NCBI GenBank assembly: GCA_964582795.1
Contig: CAZOTV010000008.1
Location: 1 to 63,142 of the forward strand
Source: an uncultured bacterium
GTDB taxonomy: Bacteria; Deinococcota; Deinococci; Deinococcales; Trueperaceae
Reading direction: 5' to 3'
Length of the DNA stretch: 63,142 bases
Shown here: piece after piece, positions 30,801 to 40,757 of the stretch
How positions within the stretch are numbered: position 1 is the first letter of the stretch
How the letters are laid out: each line of letters starts with the position of its first letter
Translations under genes and position numbers: made by a program
The notes under the pieces: model-generated
What the model was told of the DNA's origin: nothing
Database searches by the model: none
What the model saw: the letters and a program-made list of their open reading frames with translations, nothing else

Positions 30801-32272
30801 GGGCATTGACGCCGGAAGGCATCCTCGACCAGGACCAGGAGGTGCGCAGCCGCGTACTCCTGACCGGGCAAGGCATCACCCTGGCGTTCGTACAGGACCT
30901 CGACGACGACGGCGTTCCTGCCACCGTCGAGTACACCCACGGCTGCTCGGATACCCAAGCGGACACCGACGGTGACGGCATGGACGACCGCTTCGAAGCG
31001 TACGTGGGGTGGACCGTCAGCGTGCAGGGGCGAGGCGACTACCAAGGCTACGCCAGCTGCGCTCGCGTCGACTCCGATCGTGACGGTATGGATGACGACG
31101 AGGAACGCGACCTCGGCACCGACGCCAAGCTGCCCGACACCGATGGCGACGGCCTCACCGACTTCGAAGAGGTGAACGGCTTCAACATCGACATGCGTTT
31201 CGGGTCCGACCTCTTCGGTGTCACCACCGATCCGCTCGATCCGGACACCGACGGTGACACCCTGCCGGATGGCGCCGAACGCGACCTCGGCACCGACCCC
31301 AACACCGATGACGGCGACATGGTGTTCGACGACGACGGTGACGGCCTGGTGAACTTCCAAGAGACCAGCGGCTGGAGCGTCACCACGGTCGCCGTCAGCA
31401 CCTCGCCCAACGTCGAGGGCGTCAGCGCCACGAAGACCGTCACCTCCGACCCGGACGTGGTGGACACCGACGGCGACGGCCTCGATGACAAGGCAGAGGC
31501 CGATCTCGGGACCGACCCGACCCAGTCCGACAGCGACGGGGACGGCTTGAGCGACGCGGCCGAAGTGGCGCTCGGCACCGACCCGCTCGACGCCGACACC
31601 GACGACGACATGCGCAGTGACGGCGCCGAGGTGAACGATGCGTTGGCGATCGACGTCGCCGGCGCGGACGCCTACACGGTCAAGAGCGACCCACTGGTGG
31701 CCGACGAGGACAACGACGGCCTGGTGGACGGCGAGGAAGCCACGCTCGGCACCGACCCGAAGCTGTTCGACACCGATGGTGACGGCGGCGGACTGGGTGA
31801 CGGCGAGGAAGCCACCATCTGCCTCGGCACGACCCCGGACGTCTGCCGCGACGCGCTCACGCCCGACCAGAAGCTGACCGTCACCTACCGCATCGAGGTG
31901 GCGCGTGACGGCGACGTCGACGCAGCCGGCGGCTCCGGCGAGTTCTGGTACACCCTGGCCATGAAACCAGGGTCCACCACCATCTCGAACGACGGCAACA
32001 AGAACCTCAACGACAACGCCAACGTCGTGCTCTGGACGAAGTCCATCATCCGACCGCTGTCCGAGGCGATGTCCGTGTCGGTCGACGTCTACGAGTGGGA
32101 CGAAGCCGGCAGCCCCTCGAAGCAGTGCCAGATCACCGAGTCGGCCTCCTTCAACCAGGTGCCCCTCGTGGTCGACGCCACCCACAACAAGAAGTGGAGC
32201 ATCTCGCACGTGCCCAACGACATCATCAACGCCTGCGTGTACAGCATCTTCGTGGAGTTCGCCGCGGAGTAG
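27866..32272 (+). CDS. 1468-aa lipoprotein: Ig-like (SbsA/Big_5-like) repeats, about 18 TSP3-type DxDxDG calcium motifs, and a central protective-antigen/binary-toxin-B-like module
   Basis: AAGGAGGA lies 5 nt upstream of the ATG at 27866. Lipobox LATALAAC. Repeated xxVxFxxPV...YxV units. DTDGDGLSD-type motifs throughout. For the central region 29312-30460, see findings. Confidence 0.85.
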   Translation: MDRPASIKPENRPKASPAAPRRTARGAWRWLAVALLATALAACGRAPDPNASSLAIVSARATSQTSIEVTFDRAVDESGGVAANYRVAGPDGGLLPVLAAYVAQDGTRVTLATEPQQLVTYALTVSGVRPRGGSAPVAGITAQGGFGGSGEVAPIVASAIALSNTEVLITFADPTSAKLSEMGDGALNPAYYEIAVPGLEVLGAAYADNGKDRSRVILTTSSMSDLVYTVKVTNVLSAQGSKLVDPFVNTAQFRGITKGDAVAPTVKDVFVTGNTTIVIQFSEPVGDDAADPSKYLVRDPDGAPLPVVAAVLNDVWTEVTLTTWPMTAGVTYVVEVVGVTDRNGNPIEPNETTFQGAPVDASDDQKPPRVMGANSTGNTTVVVTFDEPVMGGPNGAEDPQKYTIVDRDTVDAMAPQAVVLVTEAKLSASQRSVTLTTLAQSEIVYALTVTDVTDLVGNQIAPPDRDHPFQTTFFGTGPVGSGNDADDDGLSDAAEQAGWTVTVRLANGETTRKQVTSDPNVADTDGDGLSDADERAYLTNPRAGDTDGDQLSDYWELNYVYSDPTNQDGDGDGLMDGLEWWFFRTSPNLADTDGDQIDDGDEINLGNRNPRLADLPRPGIEIGEVDLQLDVRFSATSQRGTRELESNSYSSTLSQSEAKSTSNTDSNTQSFSIKAGVEIGWKAGVDFGAAGKFSVETGYSGEWSSSFTRESSQETQRAYERSTQSEAELEIDETLTREVEGASMKLGVNLRSLGDIAFTISNVQITAFIQDARMPQRLIPIATLVPEAEPASGYNLGPLVQERGPLVFVADQVFPAQIERLMRDPTGLTFKISNFDITDEFGRNFAFTSQDVNDRTASIVIDYGAADTDGDGEGDLTERLKVSTSSGRVALDTDGDGDVDDEDERVLYDANGRQVGIVLSEALELVLGLTHYDEDDTPSASLTQAQRDASYSTRTVNGVERLWRVRNVSQDGNPLKRWWALTPEGILDQDQEVRSRVLLTGQGITLAFVQDLDDDGVPATVEYTHGCSDTQADTDGDGMDDRFEAYVGWTVSVQGRGDYQGYASCARVDSDRDGMDDDEERDLGTDAKLPDTDGDGLTDFEEVNGFNIDMRFGSDLFGVTTDPLDPDTDGDTLPDGAERDLGTDPNTDDGDMVFDDDGDGLVNFQETSGWSVTTVAVSTSPNVEGVSATKTVTSDPDVVDTDGDGLDDKAEADLGTDPTQSDSDGDGLSDAAEVALGTDPLDADTDDDMRSDGAEVNDALAIDVAGADAYTVKSDPLVADEDNDGLVDGEEATLGTDPKLFDTDGDGGGLGDGEEATICLGTTPDVCRDALTPDQKLTVTYRIEVARDGDVDAAGGSGEFWYTLAMKPGSTTISNDGNKNLNDNANVVLWTKSIIRPLSEAMSVSVDVYEWDEAGSPSKQCQITESASFNQVPLVVDATHNKKWSISHVPNDIINACVYSIFVEFAAE

Positions 32273-32305
32273 ACCGTCACGCGGTCACGAGCAGCACCTC
32301 CACAC

Positions 32306-32345
32306 GTGCCGGACGGGAACCCATCCCGTCCGGCACGCTTTCGTT
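32306..32345 (+). terminator. Rho-independent terminator after the giant lipoprotein gene
   Basis: Perfect 13-bp stem gtgccggacggga / tcccgtccggcac with loop accca, followed by gctttcgtt. Confidence 0.75.
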
Positions 32346-32394
32346 CGGCACTCGACCGGACGCCGACCCCGATCATCGCGGTACCATCACCCCC

Positions 32395-33213
<819 letters not shown>

Positions 33214-33366
33214 CCATCGCTTCCCGTTGCGCCGTGCCCGATTCGATGCAAGGGGGCATCCGCGGTACTACACTCGTTCGACGACTCCGAACGCCGCCGA
33301 ACGGCCGCTTCTACCATCTCGTCTCGCCTCGGACCCGGCCGGCGCTCCAACGCAGAAGGAGCCCGC

Positions 33367-34893
33367 ATGGGGATCTTCCCGTCGAACCTTCGTCTCGGCG
33401 CCAGCGCCATTGCCCTCGTCTTCGCCCTCGTCTTCGGCTTGGTCGCATGCACCTCGGCGCCGCCCCCACCCACCGACACCACGCCTCCCACGGTCACGAG
33501 CCACACGCCAGCAGACGCGGCGACCAACGTGCCGGCGAGCGACCCCATCACCGTCACCTTCTCCGAGGCACTCGATCCCGCCACCGTGGACGATCAGACG
33601 GTGCAGCTCGCAGCCACCGGCTCCGTCGCGCTCGCCAAGTCGTTGTCGCTCTCCCCGGACGGACGCGACCTCGTCGTCGCCCCCATCGCCGCCCTCGACC
33701 TGCCCACCACCTTGACGCTTCACCTCGGCGCCGGCATCCAAGACCTCGCCGGCAACGCTCTGTCGCCGCAGAGCTGGTCGTGGTCACTGCCGGCGTGGCT
33801 TCGTCTGGGTGACGATCCCGTGAGCAGTTCGGTGAACAGCACGTTCATCTACTGGTCGATGCTCGCCCTCGACGGAGACGGCTACCCCGTCCTCGCCAGC
33901 AACGAAGAGCAGGCTCCGCAGGGACGCGTGCGGCGCTGGAACGGCACCGCGTGGCTGGACCTCCCGCCGGTCGTGGGCGCAGAGGGCAGCTCCTTGATCA
34001 CCGCGGTTCAGGTGGATCCCGACGGGCGCCCGGTCGTCACCTGGCAGGGGTACCTCGATGCCACGTACGAGTGGAACGTGTACGTGAGCCGCTTCGAAGG
34101 CGGCGCCTGGTCGCTCGTGGGCGATGGCCTCATGGTGAACCCGAGCTACTACCCCGATAGCTCCGACCTCGTCCTCGACGTCGATGGGAAGCCGGTGGTC
34201 GTCTGGTCCGAGAAGGCCTCGCCGGGCAACAGCGCCACCGACCTGTACGTCAAGCGCTGGAACGGCGCCGGGTGGGATCAGCTCGGCGGGAAGTTCGAGG
34301 TGAACGACGACGCCGCGGTGCAGGACGTTCGCATCGTGCTCGATGCTGCTGGCAACCCGTTGGTTGGCTGGGGCGAGCGGTTCTTCGACGCCTCCTTCGT
34401 CAAGACTTGGAACCCCACCAGCCTGAGTTGGGTTTCCCTCGGCGGTTCGCTTGCGGCTTCCATCACCGCGCCGGCGCCGGGCTTCCTGTCGGACGGAACG
34501 CCGATCGCCGCCATCCGCACCGTCGACGGCAAGGTCGTGGTCGTGCGCTACACCCCCGGGGGATGGACCGCGCACACGCCCCCCGTGAACGCGGCCGCCG
34601 GCGCGTCGGCGGGGCGGCCCGAACTGCGCACGGCTGCGTCGGGCGAGCTCGTCGTAGCGTGGTCCGAGTTCGGGGGCGGCGACTCGGCCGTGCACGTCGC
34701 CTCCTACGCGGGCGGTAGCTGGACGTTCCTGGGCGAGCCGATCTCGGCGACCACGCCGACGACTCTGCTCCATGCGAAACTCGTGCTAGGTCCGAACGAC
34801 GTGCCGTCGCTCGCGTACACCACCGACCGACCGTCGGACATCGTGCCAGGCTCTTTCGTAGTGGAGAACTTCTACCGGCGCCTCAACCGCTGA
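33367..34893 (+). CDS. Lipoprotein with an N-terminal SbsA/Big_5-like Ig domain and a repeated W-rich propeller-like region
   Basis: GAAGGAG lies upstream of the ATG. Lipobox LVAC. PPTVTSHTPADAATNVPASDPITVTFSEALD. About six repeats of the type VRRWNGTAWLDL / VSRFEGGAWSLVG / VKRWNGAGWDQLG. Confidence 0.8.
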   Translation: MGIFPSNLRLGASAIALVFALVFGLVACTSAPPPPTDTTPPTVTSHTPADAATNVPASDPITVTFSEALDPATVDDQTVQLAATGSVALAKSLSLSPDGRDLVVAPIAALDLPTTLTLHLGAGIQDLAGNALSPQSWSWSLPAWLRLGDDPVSSSVNSTFIYWSMLALDGDGYPVLASNEEQAPQGRVRRWNGTAWLDLPPVVGAEGSSLITAVQVDPDGRPVVTWQGYLDATYEWNVYVSRFEGGAWSLVGDGLMVNPSYYPDSSDLVLDVDGKPVVVWSEKASPGNSATDLYVKRWNGAGWDQLGGKFEVNDDAAVQDVRIVLDAAGNPLVGWGERFFDASFVKTWNPTSLSWVSLGGSLAASITAPAPGFLSDGTPIAAIRTVDGKVVVVRYTPGGWTAHTPPVNAAAGASAGRPELRTAASGELVVAWSEFGGGDSAVHVASYAGGSWTFLGEPISATTPTTLLHAKLVLGPNDVPSLAYTTDRPSDIVPGSFVVENFYRRLNR

Positions 34894-34921
34894 GGATCTC
34901 CGAGCCGACGCCTCGGCAAGG

Positions 34922-37891
34922 TCACAACGACTTCAGCAACGTGTCGATCCTGACCTGGAGCGCCTCGTTCGTGACCCGCCCGGACGCGAAGTGCGCATCA
35001 TCGGCCGGATCGTCCGCGGTCCCCACCAGGTCGAGGCGCTGCGCCAACTGCTTGGCCCGTTCGCGCGTGGACCGGTCGGTTGCCGGATGGCCGAGCGTCA
35101 GACGCGTCAACTGCTTGGCGTCATCGAGCCGACCGCCCTCCGCCCACATCCAAGCGATCTCGGTGACGAACTGAAGGCAGACGCGTGGGCTCTCGACCTT
35201 GCAGGCCAACGCCAAGCCTTCGCGGAACGCGTCTATGGCGCTCTCGTCGCCGCGGGTCGCGGCGACCCTCCCCAGGTCCGCGAGGATCTCGGCTTCCAAG
35301 TCACGCGAGCGTGTCTCGCGCGCCAACGCGAGCGCCTGCTGGAAGTGCCCTTCGGCCTCGTCGAGGTAGCCGCGGTCGAGCGCGACCTTCCCCAAGCTCG
35401 AGTACAGGTGACCCGCCGGTTGTCGCAGTTCGAGCCGCCGCGCCAGTTCCAGCCCTTCCTCGAGATGGCTCGTCGCCCCGGCGAGATCGCCGCGCGCGCG
35501 AAGCAGCAGGCCCAAGTTGTTCAAGTAGCGCACGACGGCGACGTTCTCACCCCGTCTGCGGCCGACGGCGAGCGCCTGGTCGTAGTGTCGTTCCGCAGCG
35601 TCGAAGTCGCCTAGGTTCTTCTCGGTGATGGCGAGGTTGTTCAGACAGAAGCTCGCCAACGACTCCTCCCCCAGCTCTTCCGCCATGGCAAGCCCTCGCT
35701 CGAACGACGCTTTCGCCTCGCGGTAGGCCCCGGCGATGCCTTGGATCACGCCTCGCACGTTGATGCATTCGCACATGGCCGAGGTCGAGCCGAAGGGCGT
35801 CAGCAACGCCTCGGCGCGTTCGGCATCGGCCAGCGCGAGCGTTCGCTCGCCGGTGCGGATCCTGAGCCAACTCCGACCCACGAGCAGCCGTCCGATGGCC
35901 ACGTGGTGCTTGGAGTTCTCGAGGTCCAGGTTCGCGATCGCGTCGTCGAACAACGACACACCTTCGTCGTACCGCGTGCGCTGCACGAAGTAGTGGTCGA
36001 AGGCTCCGACCATACGCTCGAGCTCGTCGACGCGCTGTTGCGCCTCTGCCCAGTGCCACATCACGCGGAGGTTCGGGTAATCCTGGTCGATGCCTTTCAG
36101 GAACTCGCGCGTGCGCCCGGCGCGTCGCAGCGCATCGAGGTCGTGCAACCTGCCAAGGAAGTAGGTGCCGTGTCGTTCCCTGACCTCGTCATCGAGGCCC
36201 ACCTCGACGAGCTTCTCCTCGCCGAACTGCCGCAGTAGGTGATGGATGTGGTAGCGCTCGCCGCGACGCGCCAAGAAGGCACGGTTCGACAAGGCGCGCA
36301 GCGTCCGCAACCCTGCGCCGGCAACGGCTTCGGCGTCCTCGCGCAGGAACCCGCCGCGGAAGACGCAGCACGTCATGAAGACCCTCTGATCGCCTTCCGT
36401 CAGCTGGCTCCAGGACGACTCGAACATGGCGCGGATGCTGCGTTGCCGCTCGGGAACGTCGCGGGCTTCCGTCTCGAGGACATCGATGCCGCGAACGATC
36501 TCCTCGCCGATCTCGCGGGGGGAGAGCACGGGAAGCCAGGAGGCCGCCAACTCGATCGCCAACGGCATCCCGTCGACGAGCCGACAGATCTTGGTCACTT
36601 CGGCAGCATCCTGTTCGTCGAACGTGCGGTGCGGCTGGACCCTGCGCGCCGTCTGCTGGAACAAGCGCCAGGCGTCCGTTTCCTGGGGTTGGCTGCCGGC
36701 CACACCGGCCGAAGGCGCGCGCTCGGGGAGGGCCAAGCCGTGCAACTCGAAGCGCCACTCCAGATGGAGGTTGAGCCCCACGCGGGACGTGACGAGCATC
36801 TTCACGTGCGGCGCCCGCTCGAGGATCTCCTGCACCAGTCCGGCGCCCTCCGTCAAGTGCTCGAAGTTGTCGAGTACGAGTAAGGTCTGTCGATCTCCGA
36901 GGGCGTCGACGACCTGGTCCAGCGCTTCGCGCTGACCGGAGAACTCCACCTGCAGCGCGTCGGCGATGGCGTACACGATGCCACCCACGTTCGGTACGGG
37001 AGCGAGCGGCACGAACCGAGCGCCGTCACGGAACGACGCCTTGGCGGCCTCGGCTACGGCCAGCGACAGCCGGGTCTTCCCCATCCCGCCCGGGGCTACG
37101 ATCGTCACCAGGCGACAGGTGGGGTCCTCGATCTGCTCCAGCAGCCGCCTCGTTTCGACGCGCCGCCCGATGAAGGGCGTCGCGAACGACGGGAGTTGCG
37201 GTCGAGGCGCCGCGCCGCCCTCGCTCTCGCCGGCGTGCTCGCGCTGCAGAAGCTCTCGCGCTTCATCGGGGCTCGCATCGACGGACACGCCGAACGCCTC
37301 GGCTTCTCGTCGAACGGCTGCGCTGCGCGGGCTCTCGCCCGCGGTGAGATACAGCACCACCTGCTCGAGGTCCTCGAGTTCCGGCTCGGAGGCTCCGGCG
37401 ACGTCGAGGGCCGACTCCGCGTGGCGCGCAGCAGCAGCGAAGCGCCCGCGGCCGGCTTCGCGCCCAGCGAGCATCAGGTGGGCGCGTCGCGCCCTGTCAG
37501 CCAGGCCCTCGCGCGTCTCGTAGAGCCACTCTTCGAGCTCGACACCGGCGCCGGGTTGGATACCGAGCAGGAACGGACCGCGATACAACTCGATGGCGCG
37601 TTCGGGCCGGCCCTCGTCGATGGCCGCGAGGAACTCGTCGACGTCCGTCTGCACGTCCGCCCAGACCCGCAGGCCGTTGGCTTCGATCGCGCCGGGTGCG
37701 ACCTTGCGGATCTTGGTGAGGGTACTCGACAAGCGGTTCAGCGGATCGGCGGCGTCCATCCAGAGGAGCTGGGCCAAGAAGCGTCGTTCCTGCGGACCCT
37801 CGAGCGCGAGGTACGCGAGTAGGAGCAAGACGACAGGACGCGTCAGGTCGCTGCCCTCCAGCTCGAGCCCACCGAGCATGCGCAGGCGCAT
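34922..37891 (-). CDS. SARP (wHTH+BTAD) / NB-ARC-like P-loop ATPase / TPR regulator (STAND class), copy 2
   Basis: Preferred start MRLRMLGGLELEG at 37891, by analogy with copy 1. Walker A APGGMGKT, Walker B LLVLDNFEHL, TPR-like C-terminus. The 115 upstream codons of the track ORF are low-complexity. Confidence 0.85.
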   Translation of the reverse strand: MRLRMLGGLELEGSDLTRPVVLLLLAYLALEGPQERRFLAQLLWMDAADPLNRLSSTLTKIRKVAPGAIEANGLRVWADVQTDVDEFLAAIDEGRPERAIELYRGPFLLGIQPGAGVELEEWLYETREGLADRARRAHLMLAGREAGRGRFAAAARHAESALDVAGASEPELEDLEQVVLYLTAGESPRSAAVRREAEAFGVSVDASPDEARELLQREHAGESEGGAAPRPQLPSFATPFIGRRVETRRLLEQIEDPTCRLVTIVAPGGMGKTRLSLAVAEAAKASFRDGARFVPLAPVPNVGGIVYAIADALQVEFSGQREALDQVVDALGDRQTLLVLDNFEHLTEGAGLVQEILERAPHVKMLVTSRVGLNLHLEWRFELHGLALPERAPSAGVAGSQPQETDAWRLFQQTARRVQPHRTFDEQDAAEVTKICRLVDGMPLAIELAASWLPVLSPREIGEEIVRGIDVLETEARDVPERQRSIRAMFESSWSQLTEGDQRVFMTCCVFRGGFLREDAEAVAGAGLRTLRALSNRAFLARRGERYHIHHLLRQFGEEKLVEVGLDDEVRERHGTYFLGRLHDLDALRRAGRTREFLKGIDQDYPNLRVMWHWAEAQQRVDELERMVGAFDHYFVQRTRYDEGVSLFDDAIANLDLENSKHHVAIGRLLVGRSWLRIRTGERTLALADAERAEALLTPFGSTSAMCECINVRGVIQGIAGAYREAKASFERGLAMAEELGEESLASFCLNNLAITEKNLGDFDAAERHYDQALAVGRRRGENVAVVRYLNNLGLLLRARGDLAGATSHLEEGLELARRLELRQPAGHLYSSLGKVALDRGYLDEAEGHFQQALALARETRSRDLEAEILADLGRVAATRGDESAIDAFREGLALACKVESPRVCLQFVTEIAWMWAEGGRLDDAKQLTRLTLGHPATDRSTRERAKQLAQRLDLVGTADDPADDAHFASGRVTNEALQVRIDTLLKSL

Positions 37892-37997
37892 GGGCCACTC
37901 TACTCCGGTGGAGGCGCGCCTCCGCCTGCTGGTCGTTGGCGTGCCCGCCCCGCGACCCTCCGCTGCCGCAGCGTGGGGGGCCGGGTGTTCCAGCAGA

Positions 37998-38414
37998 CTA
38001 GACCACACCGTTCGACGTCGCCCCGGTGCGGACGGCGATCGACACGGCGGCAACGGCGTCGACCCCGAGGTAGAAGTCCGCCTGGAACCGGCCCGGCTCG
38101 CCCCGCGCCACGCTCCCATCGAGCCGGCAGACCACGTGGTCGAAGCGGTCGAGCGGTTGCCGGCCGGTGAGCACAGGATCGTCGAAGCTGAGCCGGATGC
38201 CGGTCGTACGGGCATGACGCAACAGTGCGTGCTCACGGACGATGCGCATCAAGAGCGCGCGCGCTGCGCGGAGGTGGGCCCTGCCGGACGCCACGTCGGC
38301 ATCCGAGCACGTTTCCGGCCGAAAGAACACCGTGAGCGTCAGGAAGGAAGGGAGATCACCAAGCGTTCCGCGTTCCGTCCCGTCGGGCTCGTCGGGTTCG
38401 GGATGCGCGATCAC
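37998..38414 (-). CDS. Hypothetical protein (138 aa)
   Basis: The GTG start overlaps the EamA stop (GTGA), suggesting translational coupling. The composition is not obviously junk. No recognisable motif. Confidence 0.45.
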   Translation of the reverse strand: MIAHPEPDEPDGTERGTLGDLPSFLTLTVFFRPETCSDADVASGRAHLRAARALLMRIVREHALLRHARTTGIRLSFDDPVLTGRQPLDRFDHVVCRLDGSVARGEPGRFQADFYLGVDAVAAVSIAVRTGATSNGVV

Positions 38415-39337
38415 GTCGTCTCAACGCCACTCGCCCGCGGCGCGTTCTGACCGCGAGTGATGGCGCGCCTCGGCTTCGGCCAGCTGACGCCCGTCACGAG
38501 CGACAAGCTCACGAGGATCAGCACCACGCCCACGGCCATGTTCGCCGTGAACGGTTCGTGCAGCAGAACGGTCCCTAGCAGCGCGCCGAACACGGGGATG
38601 AGGTAGGCGGTGGCCGACGCGGTGACGGCTGAAGTGCGTGAGAGCAGCCAGAAGTACAGGCCGAACGCGACCACGGTCCCGAACACCGTCAGGCCCGCGA
38701 GCGCCCCGAACGCCGCCGCGCTCGGCAGGCCAGCCGGAGCGGTCGCCACCATGCCGGGGAACAACAGGATGCCCGCGGCGCCGCAGTTGCCCACCGTCAG
38801 CGACAGCGCGTCGGCCGAAGCGAGACGGCGCTTGGCGTACACGGCGCCGAGGCCATAACATGCCGCGGCCAGCAGCATGGCGAGCACACGCAACAGGCTG
38901 GAGACGCCCACGAAGCCGTCCCACCCCACCAGCACGCCGACGCCGATCAGGCCCAGGAGCGCTCCGCGTAGGACGTTGGCGGTGAGCCGCTCGCGAATCC
39001 AGGCGGCGGTGAAGAGCGCCGTGAAGAGCGGCATGGTGGCCATGAGAAGGGCTGCCAACGAGGACGAGATGCCAAGTTCCGCCCACGCCGCCAGCGTGAA
39101 CGGCGCAGCGGCCTGCAGGCCCCCGAACACGAACCAGTCCCACCACCGGCCCGGGAAGGCGAGCTTCTTCCGGGTGACGAGTGCGACCAGGGCGAGCAGT
39201 TCGGCGGCAACCAGCAGACGCAGTCCTATCAGCGTCAAGGGGCCGAACTCGGGCGCCGCGACCTTCATGAACGTGAAGTTGGCGCCGAACAGCAGGGCCG
39301 TGACGACCAGCACGACGACATGCATTGCGCCGTTCAT
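38411..39337 (-). CDS. EamA/DMT-family transporter
   Basis: 308 aa with about 10 TM segments and a duplicated EamA-like architecture. The start overlaps the PIG-L stop (ATGA). Confidence 0.82.
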   Translation of the reverse strand: MNGAMHVVVLVVTALLFGANFTFMKVAAPEFGPLTLIGLRLLVAAELLALVALVTRKKLAFPGRWWDWFVFGGLQAAAPFTLAAWAELGISSSLAALLMATMPLFTALFTAAWIRERLTANVLRGALLGLIGVGVLVGWDGFVGVSSLLRVLAMLLAAACYGLGAVYAKRRLASADALSLTVGNCGAAGILLFPGMVATAPAGLPSAAAFGALAGLTVFGTVVAFGLYFWLLSRTSAVTASATAYLIPVFGALLGTVLLHEPFTANMAVGVVLILVSLSLVTGVSWPKPRRAITRGQNAPRASGVETT

Positions 39338-40194
39338 GCGGCGCCAGGGGCCATCATGACGCCGGCGGCGGGCGGATCGAACTCGAAGAACGAGTGTGTT
39401 GCTTCGATCTCGCGAGCGATCGGATCGCGCCCGTCACCGAGCGTGAGCGCTCGCCTGAGTGCCGTGCGGCCGAACGCGGCCCGCCAGGCCGAGACCGGGG
39501 CGGCGCGGAGCGCATGTGCGTCCCGCAACTGAGAAGCGTGGCATAGCACGGCGTTGCGAACTGCGCCAACGTGCGCGTGGGTGTCGACCGATCCGGTCAA
39601 CGTCCAAGGTTCCCAAGGGCCGGGGCGAAGTGGAGGATCGACGCGGCGCCACTCGAGCGGTCCGATCAGCGCCTCGTAGGCACGGTGTTGCGCGTCCGCC
39701 ATGCCCACGTGCCAAAGCGTGTCGACCGCCGGTGGTGGGAACATGGCTTCCGCCATGGTGGCTGCTGGCATCACCGCAGCAGCCGTGACCGCGGCGGTGG
39801 TGAACCGGGAGATCGCAGCGTGATCGGGGTGGCCCGTCATCCCGTCGGGGCCGAAGGTCAGCACGGCCTCGGGCCGCACCTCGCGGATGCGGGCCGCGAT
39901 CATGCCGATGACGGCCTCTTCCGGCGCGTCCTCCAGCTTCCCGTCGGCGAACCCGAGCAGGCGCACCGTCTGCACGCCCAGCACGTGGGCAGCGGCGCGC
40001 AGCTCGATCTCGCGGTGACGGGCGATCTGCTGCGGACGGGGTCGCGTGGAGCCTTTCCATCCGCCCTCACCGGCGGTTGCGGTCACGAGGTGGGTGTCGA
40101 CGCCGGCAGCTGCCAGCTTGGCAAGGAGAGCACCTGCGGCCAGCGTCTCGTCGTCGGGGTGCGCGAAGACCGCGAGGACTGCCGGGCGGCGCAT
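39334..40194 (-). CDS. PIG-L/LmbE-family N-acetylglucosaminyl deacetylase
   Basis: In-frame ATG at 40194 (MRRPAVLAVFAHPDDETLAAG). GHPDH motif. Confidence 0.82.
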   Translation of the reverse strand: MRRPAVLAVFAHPDDETLAAGALLAKLAAAGVDTHLVTATAGEGGWKGSTRPRPQQIARHREIELRAAAHVLGVQTVRLLGFADGKLEDAPEEAVIGMIAARIREVRPEAVLTFGPDGMTGHPDHAAISRFTTAAVTAAAVMPAATMAEAMFPPPAVDTLWHVGMADAQHRAYEALIGPLEWRRVDPPLRPGPWEPWTLTGSVDTHAHVGAVRNAVLCHASQLRDAHALRAAPVSAWRAAFGRTALRRALTLGDGRDPIAREIEATHSFFEFDPPAAGVMMAPGAA

Positions 40195-40757
40195 CACGCC
40201 ACCGACTTCCTGCGCGAGCGCTGGACCAGGTAGACGGTCAACGCGACCACGGTGGGGACGACCACGCTGAGGTTGTAGGCGAAGTGCAGCTCCACGCGGG
40301 GGAAGAAGCGCTCGAGAACGCTCATCTGCTTGATGGCGCCGTAGAAGTAGTGCCCGGTCAGGTACTGCACCTGCAAGAAGGCGTGCTCGAGCCAGTGCCA
40401 CGTCTGCGCCACGATGGCAGCGATCCACCAGCCCCTAGCGGCACGGGACTTGCGGAAACCGTAGGCAAGCAGGATCAGCCCGGTGAGCTGAAGCGTGTTG
40501 TAGATCATGTGCAGCGACTCGTTGGCGACGAGGTTCGGCAGCACCTCACCGAAGAGACCCCCAGCCTCGCGAGGCGTGAGACCGAGAACGTGCACCTGGT
40601 AGATCTGCGTGAGGTGCTCGAAGAAGTGCACGGAGACGATCGCCATGTAGACGATCAGCGCCTGGACGTGACGACTTCCGTTCAGGACTCCGAGGACGAA
40701 GGTACTCAGTCGGTCCGGCGCGCTGCGCCTGTCTCGTTGCAGGGCTTGTGTGCTCAT
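40194..40757 (-). CDS. Hypothetical integral membrane protein (187 aa)
   Basis: In-frame ATG at 40757 (MSTQALQRDRR...). Several His/Trp-containing TM helices. The stop overlaps the PIG-L start by 1 nt. Confidence 0.6.
   Translation of the reverse strand: MSTQALQRDRRSAPDRLSTFVLGVLNGSRHVQALIVYMAIVSVHFFEHLTQIYQVHVLGLTPREAGGLFGEVLPNLVANESLHMIYNTLQLTGLILLAYGFRKSRAARGWWIAAIVAQTWHWLEHAFLQVQYLTGHYFYGAIKQMSVLERFFPRVELHFAYNLSVVVPTVVALTVYLVQRSRRKSVA

Noticed and set aside
33240-33275. attcgatg...ggtactaca upstream of the propeller lipoprotein gene, which resembles the cattcgatgtag...taccgcg core of the 29.7-kb-spaced repeats and hints at a shared promoter motif.
   Set aside because: Only an 8-nt exact match with loosely similar surroundings. 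This cannot be distinguished from chance without genome-wide motif statistics.
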